Part shown: in pieces, positions 1 through 8,176 of the stretch
Position numbering within the stretch: position 1 is the stretch's first letter
How the letters are laid out: each line of letters opens with the position of its first letter
IMG/VR virus record: IMGVR_UViG_3300034280_000211
Location: 1 to 59,649 of that record
Origin: a virus
Lineage: Duplodnaviria; Caudoviricetes
DNA: 59,649 nucleotides
Direction: 5' to 3' (one strand)
Translations under genes and position numbers: made by a program
The notes under the pieces: model-generated
Told to the model about the DNA's origin: nothing
Databases searched by the model: none
The model's input: only the letters and a program-made list of their open reading frames with translations

Positions 1-127
1 CAATAGCCCATAGGCTATGCCCCCACCCATGACTCCTCCTGCGCCCATCAGCCCTCCGGCGATCTCGGGGTTCTCTTGGAGTGCCTTGCGGAGAACGACT
101 TGCGGGGATTCTGCGGCGAGGCGGGCG
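1..127. repeat. Terminal direct repeat copy 1 (circular assembly overlap)
   Basis: Bases 1-127 are identical to 59523-59649; 127 matches a common assembler k-mer. Confidence 0.95.
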
Positions 128-612
128 AGGAGGTCGTCGTTCAGCGGGAGTTTGAATACGGCCGGGAGTTGGTCGTAGACCTCCGGGTTCTGTCGGCCGC
201 TCTCCAGGATCGCTCGGGCATTGGCCAGTCGGCGTTCCTGGCGGGCGGCTGATGCGTCATGGGGATACGGACGCGGAGGATCATTCGGGACGCGAACTGA
301 TACTCGCTTCACCCCGCCGCGTGGAGGGACGGAAAGATACTCTCCAGGAATGTCACCGTAGATGTTGGGGACTGGGTTTCTCACTCCGCGTTGGCGGGTG
401 ACGTAGCGATAGCCCTTCCCGTAACGCTCTGCCTCTGATCGGGCCCATTCGCTGGGAAGTGGGGTGGTGTCTACATCCGCACCACGGCGGGCCATCATCA
501 TGGCTTCCGTAGCAGACTCAGGGGCTGCACGGGGCAGGCCGGCGAGGATGTCGTCGGCTACCCACGGAACGAGACCAGAGACATCTGCGACGTAGCGGGT
601 TGGGTTGGGCAT
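1..612 (-). CDS. Hypothetical protein spanning the circular junction (612 to 1, then 59522 to 59511; 207 aa, MPNPTRYV...GGIAYGLLSDE)
   Basis: Open frame across the junction with TAATG coupling to both neighbours; missing from the ORF track. Confidence 0.8.
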   Translation of the reverse strand, partial: MPNPTRYVADVSGLVPWVADDILAGLPRAAPESATEAMMMARRGADVDTTPLPSEWARSEAERYGKGYRYVTRQRGVRNPVPNIYGDIPGEYLSVPPRGGVKRVSVRVPNDPPRPYPHDASAARQERRLANARAILESGRQNPEVYDQLPAVFKLPLNDDLLARLAAESPQVVLRKALQENPEIAGGLMGAGGVMGGGIAYGLL

Positions 613-1319
613 TAGCGCACCGGAAGGGGAGTGTTACGGAGACGGCGAATCACTTCGCCCGCATCATCGACAAGATGCGTTGCAGCGCCTTGGCCGTAGC
701 GGGCGCGGTCCATAAGGCGGATGGCGTCATCGACACTCCGCACCAGGGCGCCGCCCTGTCGCATCGCAAGGCCGGGATAGACGAACGCTTTCAATCCGGA
801 CACAGGGGCGGTGATGTAGAACTCCGGGTCGGTCAGATATTCCGTTGCTAGGATCGAACCAGCACCGACACCATTCTCTTGGGCGGCGGCACGCCAGTCT
901 CGCTCTTGCCCACGGCCGCCGGCTGACATCGGGGGAATGGCGCCAGCGAACGGAGCTTGCAGGGCGAGACGGGCGGCATCCAAGTATTCGCCATCGCTCG
1001 CCGCAGCAGAGGACGCAAAGGCCGTATCTCGCATTCGCCCGCCGTAATCGAACACGTAGTTCGCGGCCTGCTCTTCCGCGTCAAATGCATCAGAAGACCG
1101 TCTAGGATACAGCGTGTCAGCCACTGCGTTCATGCGAACGGCACGGGGATCTACGGACACTCGCATGCTGCGGTCGTAGATTGGCTCGTCCCGCTTGGCC
1201 TTTAGCCACTGGTAGTCGGGGGACGAGGTGATCTTGTCGTACTCGCGGCGCTGGGTTTCCAGATCCGCAGCGCGGCGTTCAGGAGAGCCTTGCAGCCAGT
1301 CCATCCAGTTGTCGGCCAT
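612..1319 (-). CDS. Hypothetical head-module accessory protein
   Basis: 235-aa ORF, tightly packed in the leftward operon. Confidence 0.75.
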   Translation of the reverse strand: MADNWMDWLQGSPERRAADLETQRREYDKITSSPDYQWLKAKRDEPIYDRSMRVSVDPRAVRMNAVADTLYPRRSSDAFDAEEQAANYVFDYGGRMRDTAFASSAAASDGEYLDAARLALQAPFAGAIPPMSAGGRGQERDWRAAAQENGVGAGSILATEYLTDPEFYITAPVSGLKAFVYPGLAMRQGGALVRSVDDAIRLMDRARYGQGAATHLVDDAGEVIRRLRNTPLPVR

Positions 1320-1811
1320 CTACCACTTCACCCGATCTGCCACGGCTTGGCACAAATGAATAAAGTATTCTTGTGAAAACGACTGCTTCATCATGTTGAT
1401 GTCCTTGTGGACTAGCTGGCAGTTGTCCTGCGTGTAGCCAAGGCTGCTGTCAATGCGATCAATGGATGCCGTGTGGCCGCTTCCGACTTCTTGCCACCCT
1501 ATCTCCAGACCGGATACGGCACAGCGGCCGTCTTGCTCCGCATGCCATCTCGCCACATCCTCTGCGGCAATCTCAAACGGGATGCCCCTTAGTTCTGCGC
1601 TAACGCGAAACTTGTGGAACCAAGAAAGCCGCACGGGGCCACAGAGACCGCGATGGCAGTTGTCCGTTTTCCTGTTTGAGCATTTCTTGCACACCTTTCC
1701 GTCGCGAAGCGAAGCAATCGCATACCACCGTCTCAGGTAGTCCTGCTGCTCTCCGCATTCTGGGCACGGCTTGGTCCACCGGCCGTCCTCGCGTTTAGTT
1801 ACTGCAACCAC
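1320..1811 (-). CDS. HNH-type endonuclease with Zn-finger N-terminus
   Basis: CPEC/CKKC, CAVSG and SIDRIDSSLGY..DN..LV...IN..K motifs; start re-assigned to GTG 1811. Confidence 0.8.
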   Translation of the reverse strand: MVAVTKREDGRWTKPCPECGEQQDYLRRWYAIASLRDGKVCKKCSNRKTDNCHRGLCGPVRLSWFHKFRVSAELRGIPFEIAAEDVARWHAEQDGRCAVSGLEIGWQEVGSGHTASIDRIDSSLGYTQDNCQLVHKDINMMKQSFSQEYFIHLCQAVADRVKW

Positions 1812-1821
1812 TGTGTAACTC

Positions 1822-2076
1822 TCACCATTTTTCGCGATTGGCCCAATACGCCGCAGACATCTTGCCCTTGGCGATGTTCTCTGCGTGGCGGGCCTTAAAG
1901 GCTTCGTTCCTTGCCGATCCGTCAGGTGAGCCTTCGACACCCTGTTGGCCGAAGCGGATCAGCTTCTCCTGGTCACCGGACTTCGCCAGGACCATGTGCG
2001 ACTTCTCCGGATGATTCGGAGTACGCACCGGACGATTCGGAATCAGCTTCCGGATCTTGTCACCCTCGCTGTCCAC
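1822..2076 (-). CDS. Small basic conserved viral protein (DUF5754-like)
   Basis: IRFGQQG...FKARHA...SAAYWA motif. Confidence 0.7.
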   Translation of the reverse strand: MDSEGDKIRKLIPNRPVRTPNHPEKSHMVLAKSGDQEKLIRFGQQGVEGSPDGSARNEAFKARHAENIAKGKMSAAYWANREKW

Positions 2077-2215
2077 TCAACTTCCTCCACTGCTTGGGGT
2101 CTGGGTAGTCCTTGTCACCCGGCTTGGCGGGCGCTTCGCCGCGTTCACGCTTGGCATGGACGTTGGCCCACAGACCCTTGCGGAGTTTGCGGATCTTGTC
2201 GCCTTCAGAGTCCAT
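2060..2215 (-). CDS. Small basic phage protein, 51 aa (MDSEGDKIRKLRKGLWANVHAKRERGE...)
   Basis: Read manually; GLWANVHAKRERGE resembles a common phage peptide; shares its N-terminus with the neighbouring gene. Confidence 0.75.
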   Translation of the reverse strand: MDSEGDKIRKLRKGLWANVHAKRERGEAPAKPGDKDYPDPKQWRKLSGQRG

Positions 2216-2224
2216 CGTTGGGTA

Positions 2225-2551
2225 TCAGTCGATGCTGTATGCGCGGCCCTGTGGCTTCTGGCGCGGTTGCATGCGGGCCATGTTTCGGTCGCGGATGGCC
2301 TGCTTCCTGTTTGCCTCGTAGTTGCGGGCGTCGGTACTCATAAACTCATCGGGCATGCCTGGGTTGACCTGTTGCATGAGTGCGCCTCCACCGGGGACAT
2401 CGCTCCCGAACGCCGGAGCATCGGGAGAGAACATCGCTGGATCGAACTCAGGTGGACTGACCTCTGGCAGGGGACTTCCGCCCTGGTTGCGCAGTCCGTT
2501 GAGAAGCATGCGAATGCTTGCCTCTGTGTCATTTGGCATCTTGTACGGCAT
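2225..2551 (-). CDS. Hypothetical protein
   Basis: 108-aa ORF in operon orientation. Confidence 0.65.
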   Translation of the reverse strand: MPYKMPNDTEASIRMLLNGLRNQGGSPLPEVSPPEFDPAMFSPDAPAFGSDVPGGGALMQQVNPGMPDEFMSTDARNYEANRKQAIRDRNMARMQPRQKPQGRAYSID

Positions 2552-2591
2552 TAATCAATCTCCCAGTCGTCGTCAAAGAGGAAGTCGAACA

Positions 2592-3077
2592 TCAGTAGAT
2601 GACTCCGCCACGGAAGGCGGCTTTGGGCTGGGGGCCAGATGACTGACGGGCCTGATCCAGCCGGGCCAGGATGGCATCCAACTCCATCTGCTTCATCATG
2701 CGCTCATGCTCCATGCGGCGCATCTCACGCATCTGGGCGACACGGGAGTCGTTCTCGTCCTGGTGGGCACCCATGGTCTGGGAGATCATGTCGCCAAGGG
2801 CCTTGCCCTGTTGTGCAGAACCCATTGCAGCGTGGTAAGCGCCTGAAGCGCCGTGGTTCATCATGGAATTTCCTGTGGCGAAGGGTGATGCGCGGCGAGC
2901 GCTCTGTTGGGCCGTGACGCGGTCTTGGATCATGCCTTGGGCATTGGGGTTGCGAGTGATCTTGCGTGGAGGACGGCCCTGCATCGCGGCCAATTGCGCT
3001 TCCGCGAAAGCCTCCCGCTGAATGCGGTTCTCTTCCTCTTGCTCTTCTTCACTCAGCAGGAACGGCCCGTCTGGCAT
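2592..3077 (-). CDS. Hypothetical protein
   Basis: 161-aa ORF with AGGAG SD. Confidence 0.7.
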   Translation of the reverse strand: MPDGPFLLSEEEQEEENRIQREAFAEAQLAAMQGRPPRKITRNPNAQGMIQDRVTAQQSARRASPFATGNSMMNHGASGAYHAAMGSAQQGKALGDMISQTMGAHQDENDSRVAQMREMRRMEHERMMKQMELDAILARLDQARQSSGPQPKAAFRGGVIY

Positions 3078-3095
3078 AGTGATTCTCCTAAGAGA

Positions 3096-3512
3096 TCACT
3101 GTCCCTTTTTGCGGGCATTGCGAATGGCTTTTCTCACCAGGATCTTTCCCGCCATGCGAAGGAAGGGAAGATTCCTCTTCGTCGCCTCTTCTTGGAGCCA
3201 GTCGCAGATGGTCTCCAAGTTACTTTCACACCAGCCGGGTTCCTTTACCTCAATCTCATCCATGAACCTCGCCCGCTGATTACATTGGCAATCGGGACTG
3301 GAGGTAATCCCGATCATGGAGAGGAGAGCTTTGAGTTCTGTGCCTGGGCCAGACTGCGGGGCTTGGTTGCGATCACTTGGGTATGCCGCGTGCTGCGGAT
3401 CAACGGTCCACAACTCGCCATCCATGAGACGAACGCACGCCATCGCTTCCTCAACGGAATACCCGCGCTCGCGGCATCGCGCCTCAAAAAAACGCTTGTG
3501 ACATGTAATCAT
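3096..3512 (-). CDS. Cys-containing hypothetical protein
   Basis: GPGTELK..L...GI...C.C..RA..MD...WC motif; ATGA overlap with upstream gene. Confidence 0.75.
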   Translation of the reverse strand: MITCHKRFFEARCRERGYSVEEAMACVRLMDGELWTVDPQHAAYPSDRNQAPQSGPGTELKALLSMIGITSSPDCQCNQRARFMDEIEVKEPGWCESNLETICDWLQEEATKRNLPFLRMAGKILVRKAIRNARKKGQ

Positions 3513-3928
3513 GGAAGCGGATTGCAGGGAGTGCTGAATGTGAATTTTGACGGATCGCCTTGTATGCCGGATCCGTAGTCGGCTGCGTTCAGCGTGGCAT
3601 TGTCCGGGCAGCTACACCCGTTGTCTTCGCAAGCGAGGGTTCCAAGGCATGTCCGTCTAAGCCATGGCGTCACAAACCACGCGTCCGAAGGAGTGCCAGT
3701 GCCTTGCCCGCCGCAACTTGGATCGCCGTCAAAGGCGTTGTTGAGCCTGTAGTACTCGCAAAGGTATCGGCCACACTCTGGCGGGGGGCACGGATCTGTT
3801 CGGCACTGGCCATTGCAGCAGTACTCGTTCGCCTCGCAGCATTCGCCGTTCACTCCGCCACAGCAACATTTGCCCTGGTCGCCCTCAACGCAATCTCTTT
3901 GACCGCAGCAGCACTTACAGCAGGCCAT
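3509..3928 (-). CDS. Highly Cys-rich protein (MACCKCCCG...)
   Basis: 139-aa ORF, first gene of the leftward late arm. Confidence 0.75.
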   Translation of the reverse strand: MACCKCCCGQRDCVEGDQGKCCCGGVNGECCEANEYCCNGQCRTDPCPPPECGRYLCEYYRLNNAFDGDPSCGGQGTGTPSDAWFVTPWLRRTCLGTLACEDNGCSCPDNATLNAADYGSGIQGDPSKFTFSTPCNPLP

Positions 3929-4344
3929 TAGACGCCCTTTCTAGTAAACAAGTGTCCAGCGTCACCCTGGAGGCGAAACGGGGCTTAGAGGGCGAATCTG
4001 GGCCTCTGGCGGGAGGCGACACGCGGGCGACATGGGGGGAAAGGCGAGAAGCATCGGGTTTTGAAAAAAGTCGGGTGGGGAATTGACATGATTCCGACGA
4101 CGATTTGGGGGGGGGATGGGGGTGGGTGTCGCCATGTCTGCCTTGGCCGTAGGCTTGCCCTAAGTCTAGCCGTGCCATTGACTTAGGTTTCCACGCTGCA
4201 CCCTGCGGTTAAGGCGGTGGTTTTTAAACGTCGTTTAGAAATGGCGATTCCCGGCCGGACGGTTGCGCGTGCATTGCCCATCCCTCCCCTTGCTATCCCC
4301 CCGTACACTACTGTTGTTCCGTACACTCCCCGCCCCGGCGCATG

Positions 4345-4377
4345 AAAAACCCCTCCCCCCGTTTAGAGGGGAGGGGT
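4345..4377 (-). terminator. Rho-independent terminator
   Basis: ACCCCTCCCC/GGGGAGGGGT stem followed by a T tract on the - strand, downstream of 4413-4976. Confidence 0.7.
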
Positions 4378-4412
4378 CGATAGCGTACGCTGTGCCAGTG
4401 TAACGCCGTACA

Positions 4413-4976
4413 CTACTCCGGGGAGAACCCGCAAGCCTCCCGGACTAACTCCCTCACGCCGGGGAGTCCGAGACTCTTGGCGATTCGGTAGGCCTTCCCG
4501 GCATGCATGGGCGTACGGGCGATACGCTCCACGGCGATTGCCACACTCTCCGGTGTCGGGTTGTGACGCTCCCGGAGACGCTCTCCCATGGCGAGCCTCT
4601 CCCCTGTGACGGTACGGCGTGATGCCCTACGCTGGCCCGTCCTGCCCTGCCATCCACTCCGTTCCATGAAACGCCGCACGCCGCACAGGGCCGACATGTG
4701 AGCCCCTCGCGGGATACGCTTCGTGCGGTTCTCCAGCCAGAAGACGTAGGCCGTACTGGCTGCCTCCTCAATCCGCTCCTGTAGGCCTCTCCGCTGGACT
4801 GCTGTTGCAATCCGTAGTTTCCCCTTGTCCGGGGAGAGTTCGGCCGAGCGTATGGATTTGCTGGCCGCACGCCGGAAGTAGTCCAGAACCGCCGGATGGT
4901 ATTCCGCCGGGAGATCGGCCGGGTTGTAATCGTCTTGCCGGGGCCACACGCACGCCATTCCGTACATAATGAACAT
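4413..4976 (-). CDS. Hypothetical regulator (possibly sigma-like, C-terminal HTH)
   Basis: GAGGAG SD before ATG 4976; has its own promoter and terminator; function speculative. Confidence 0.65.
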   Translation of the reverse strand: MFIMYGMACVWPRQDDYNPADLPAEYHPAVLDYFRRAASKSIRSAELSPDKGKLRIATAVQRRGLQERIEEAASTAYVFWLENRTKRIPRGAHMSALCGVRRFMERSGWQGRTGQRRASRRTVTGERLAMGERLRERHNPTPESVAIAVERIARTPMHAGKAYRIAKSLGLPGVRELVREACGFSPE

Positions 4977-5024
4977 TTGAACACTCCTCAGGTTTCCCCG
5001 TCCGTTGTGGGCGGGTTGTGCGAA

Positions 5025-5054
5025 AGTATAGTCGGCTGTCCAGCGGGGCGTCAA
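5025..5054 (-). promoter_or_regulatory. Sigma-70 promoter TTGACG-N18-TATACT
   Basis: Near-consensus boxes with an upstream A/T tract. Confidence 0.75.
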
Positions 5055-5087
5055 TAAAAAAATCGTAGCGGCCGAAATTATTTTTTG

Positions 5088-5298
5088 GGCGAGCGGCCTA
5101 TATCTAATGGCGAGCATGCCACACGCGAACGTGTGCGGCGTGCGGCCGGGAAAGTAACGTCCCGGCAACGCTGGTGCGGATTGAACTATCCGCCCAGGTG
5201 AGCCGTTACACTGAGCCGTGATATACGGTCAGCGTGCCCGCGAAAAATTTCAAAAGAATTTTTCCGGCGAGCGGCCTATATCAATACGGCGAGCATGC
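5088..5298 (+). promoter_or_regulatory. Duplicated element GGCGAGCGGCCTATATC-N4/5-GGCGAGCATGC (5088-5119 and 5266-5298)
   Basis: Two near-identical copies, each preceded by A/T tracts, upstream of the early arm. Confidence 0.7.
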
Positions 5299-5371
5299 GG
5301 GGCGACAACTCGCCCCATGCGGGAAGGAAACGTATTACTTCCTGCGCATGCGGGCAGCCAATGGAGGTACG

Positions 5372-5578
5372 ATGTACTGTGACATCAACTTCCCGACGAA
5401 GAAGGCTCTGAAAGCGGCTGTTGCCAGTGGGCAGGCTGTGACGATCTTCTCGCCGGGGCCGTTTCCCGTGGATTGTTCTACGGGCAAGCATTGCGTGGAG
5501 GGGCCGCACTATCCCAAGCCTCACTCCTGGTACGCCAGTGTGGTGGTGGCTGATGGGCGGATCGTGTCGGTGAAGTGA
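5372..5578 (+). CDS. Small conserved phage protein
   Basis: GGAGG SD; NF.TKKALK.AV...EGPHYP..H.WYA pattern. Confidence 0.75.
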   Translation: MYCDINFPTKKALKAAVASGQAVTIFSPGPFPVDCSTGKHCVEGPHYPKPHSWYASVVVADGRIVSVK

Positions 5579-5658
5579 CGGGATTCGATCCCGGGCAGTG
5601 GCAGCCCTTATGGGTTATTCCGTGCCGCTGTCCGGGTTCGGTTGCCGTTTTTCGGTGT

Positions 5659-5848
5659 CCGAATAGCCGCAGTCCAAGATGGCTGCGAAGTGATGGACCG
5701 CTGATCACGGAATATCACGCCGCTGGCGTAGTAAACTGCCACACATCAGGGCAGGGCCAAAGTCCCTAGTGTCAAACATCTGGATCAAGCGCCCAGGTGC
5801 CAGCGGAGAAACGCAGCGACTGCGGCTATTCGGCTGCCGTTCGGTAGC
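5659..5848 (+). ncRNA. Candidate structured ncRNA
   Basis: Perfect 16-bp closing stem plus several nested helices; G-U pairs favour the + strand. Confidence 0.55.
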
Positions 5849-5865
5849 CATTCATGGAGGTGCGT

Positions 5866-6678
5866 ATGGTCACAAGATCACGCACCGCCCGTCCGCTCGG
5901 TGTCATTCTGCACCGGGGCCGGTCTGACTTTGACGGCTCCCCGTATGTGGTGATCATGCCACTCGGGAAGTCTGGCAATATCAAGACCGGCGGTATGCTC
6001 CAGACCTATATCATTAGGTCGCATGTGCATCCCGTACAGGCGGTGCGTACAGGTGGCGACATCGCCATCTGCGGTGCGGGTGATACCGCCTGCCCGCTGC
6101 AAGGGGTTTTCGTCCGCAAACGCGGCAAGCGAAAGTTCCGTGCGTGTTATGTCAACGTAGGCCAGGGCCCTGCCATGGTCTACAGTGCGTTCCGGCGTGG
6201 TCGATACGTGGAGTATTCCGCCATTGACCATGACCAGTTCATTCGGGGTCGCAAGATTCGGTTCGGCACATACGGCGAGCCGGTGCTGATCCCCCTGGAG
6301 CTAATGAACCATCTGGCCAGTATTTCCGCTGGCTGGACGGGGTATACTCACCAGTGGTCAAAGGTTCAGTATGCGGGCTATCGGCAGTATCTCATGGCAT
6401 CTGTCCATGGTCTTACTGGCCCGTGGTCGCGTGAGCATGCCAAGCATCTAGGCTGGCGTACCTTCCGCACCATGCGTGGAGGTGTGCCTGCTGACAGTGA
6501 GATTCTCTGCCCGGCCTCCCTGGAGGCTGGCAAGCGGCTCACCTGTGAGCAGTGCCGTCTATGTGACGGTGCGGGTACTCGCAAGGCGGGCCTGTCGTTA
6601 GTGGACGTTTACATTCCCGGGCATGGTGGCAAGGCGATTATGTCTGCCATTGCACATCTGCCCATCCTTCAGGCGTGA
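5866..6678 (+). CDS. Gp88-like Cys-cluster phage protein
   Basis: N.KTG, C...CP, CY, IRFGTYGEP, TGYTHQW and CP...TC.QC.LC motifs. Confidence 0.7.
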   Translation: MVTRSRTARPLGVILHRGRSDFDGSPYVVIMPLGKSGNIKTGGMLQTYIIRSHVHPVQAVRTGGDIAICGAGDTACPLQGVFVRKRGKRKFRACYVNVGQGPAMVYSAFRRGRYVEYSAIDHDQFIRGRKIRFGTYGEPVLIPLELMNHLASISAGWTGYTHQWSKVQYAGYRQYLMASVHGLTGPWSREHAKHLGWRTFRTMRGGVPADSEILCPASLEAGKRLTCEQCRLCDGAGTRKAGLSLVDVYIPGHGGKAIMSAIAHLPILQA

Positions 6679-6686
6679 GGTGTGAC

Positions 6687-6815
6687 ATGGTCGATGCGTA
6701 CTACTCCAACGAACTCAAATGCTGGGTTCGTCTGGAGCGTGAGGCGGATGGCGAGTGGTGCCATACGTCTGGATTTTCTACCCGCGAGGCTGCGATTCGC
6801 GGCCGGGAGGTGTGA
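6687..6815 (+). CDS. Small early protein (42 aa)
   Basis: Starts in GAGGTGTGACATG; stop lies in the next copy of the motif. Confidence 0.6.
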   Translation: MVDAYYSNELKCWVRLEREADGEWCHTSGFSTREAAIRGREV

Positions 6816-6816
6816 C

Positions 6817-6984
6817 ATGTCTTCAGAGCCAACCTGTAGCGTGCAACTATCGGCATCCGACATCGACAGGCTGCTGGCGGCTATTGAATTTCAGTTGGCC
6901 AACGATCCCAGCCTCGCTCCCGAGTCCCGGGACAGCCTGGACTATCTCGGCCAGCACCTAGACCGTGCATATGTGGAGGAATGA
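6817..6984 (+). CDS. Small early protein
   Basis: Starts in GAGGTGTGACATG. Confidence 0.65.
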   Translation: MSSEPTCSVQLSASDIDRLLAAIEFQLANDPSLAPESRDSLDYLGQHLDRAYVEE

Positions 6985-7051
6985 CATGGACGTATGTCCC
7001 GACAAAATCCCCTGGGCCACTGGGCCAGATTACGTGAACGTGAGGTGTGAC

Positions 7052-7303
7052 ATGCGAAGGCTGGACGACGAGCCGCTGCAATGGCGGTACGGGATCACGC
7101 TGCGTGGCCTGTGGCTTGCCTCCAATGGGCAGTGGGTGCGAGATGGCTCACACCCCTCCGTGCAGTACTGGCCCACTATGGAGCAGGCGCGGGCGTGGCG
7201 TGAAAGACACATGCCCGGCGAGCTAGGTGCATGGGCCGAGGCCATCGGTATTTTCCAAGGCGGCGTCAATGTGACTGCCGCTGTTCATAACGAGGAGGTG
7301 TGA
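7052..7303 (+). CDS. Small early protein (alternative start 6986)
   Basis: Starts in GAGGTGTGACATG. Confidence 0.6.
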   Translation: MRRLDDEPLQWRYGITLRGLWLASNGQWVRDGSHPSVQYWPTMEQARAWRERHMPGELGAWAEAIGIFQGGVNVTAAVHNEEV

Positions 7304-7304
7304 C

Positions 7305-7583
7305 ATGGTGGCAATCACCAGCAAGTATCACGGGCCGACGAATACACGCGGCTCATGTGTTCGGGCTACGGCCAACGGCCGCATGGTCACTGTGCTGTGG
7401 GCCAGTGAGTTAGACAGCGAGGCCAACCACCGAGCGGCGTGCAAACTGCTCTGCGAAAAGCTGGGCTGGGATGCGGATCGCTTCTACGGCGGGTCCATGG
7501 ACGATGGGAGGTGGGCTTGGGTGCCGGTCTTCCCATACGAATGGGAGCAGCGACAGAAGGAGACAACCAATGCGACGAGTTGA
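7305..7583 (+). CDS. Conserved phage hypothetical protein
   Basis: I.SKY.GPTNTRGS motif; strong SD. Confidence 0.75.
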   Translation: MVAITSKYHGPTNTRGSCVRATANGRMVTVLWASELDSEANHRAACKLLCEKLGWDADRFYGGSMDDGRWAWVPVFPYEWEQRQKETTNATS

Positions 7584-7908
7584 GACATACAAGGGCTCCA
7601 AGGATTTCGTCCTGGCCCTGGAACCTGATGATCTGGACAGCCTGCTGCCCACCTTCGACCGCGTGCGGTTGGAGTGGGCCAAGGAATGGCAGCGACGAGG
7701 CAGCCGGGATGAGGGCTCCTGCTGTCTGGGCGTGGGCGTGTCTGTGTACTACCTGCGACCGGGCAAGCGTAAGCCTGAACGTAGGCAGGTTATCTCTTGG
7801 ACATGGTCACAGGGTGATCTGGAGGCAGACAGGACCCGCCACCTGCCGCTTGGCATGCTCGCGGAGCATGGCGTGCTAGGTGTGTACGACTGTGGGCGTA
7901 TGGACTAG
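7570..7908 (+). CDS. Hypothetical early protein
   Basis: AAGGAG SD before ATG 7570. Confidence 0.65.
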   Translation: MRRVETYKGSKDFVLALEPDDLDSLLPTFDRVRLEWAKEWQRRGSRDEGSCCLGVGVSVYYLRPGKRKPERRQVISWTWSQGDLEADRTRHLPLGMLAEHGVLGVYDCGRMD

Positions 7909-7919
7909 GAGGACGGGCG

Positions 7920-8090
7920 ATGCAATGCCCCGTCTGTGATTGTTGCGAGGTGTCGTTTGCCGGCGTTCTAGGTGACGTAGGTCATGCGAGATGCCGGGAC
8001 TGCGGGATTGTTTACACGTTTGACCCGTCATTGGAGGACGAGTGCTATGTGGGCAGTACGGACACGGAAGAAGATTGTGGCGACGTTTGA
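7920..8090 (+). CDS. Small Zn-ribbon protein
   Basis: CPVC...CRDC; GGAGG SD. Confidence 0.55.
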   Translation: MQCPVCDCCEVSFAGVLGDVGHARCRDCGIVYTFDPSLEDECYVGSTDTEEDCGDV

Positions 8091-8175
8091 TGAGCGATGG
8101 GAGGCGGAAGAGTGGATGCGGACTTGGCGTTCCATCCATGGACATAAGTGTTTCCTAGTGAGAACGGAGAATTGA
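8047..8175 (+). CDS. Small early protein
   Basis: GGAGG SD; 42 aa. Confidence 0.5.
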   Translation: MWAVRTRKKIVATFDERWEAEEWMRTWRSIHGHKCFLVRTEN

Positions 8176-8176
8176 G

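Noticed and set aside
1-127. Biological direct terminal repeat
   Set aside because: The length equals a typical assembler k-mer and the repeat falls inside a gene; it indicates circular assembly only
5700-5820. Assignment of the early RNA to hairpin, twister or hammerhead ribozymes
   Set aside because: Only loose fragments (GAGAAAC, GGGCCAAAGUCCC) match; the catalytic cores could not be completed by eye
6677-7307. CRISPR or guide-RNA array
   Set aside because: Repeats are 13 bp with irregular, protein-coding spacers; no cas-like gene is present
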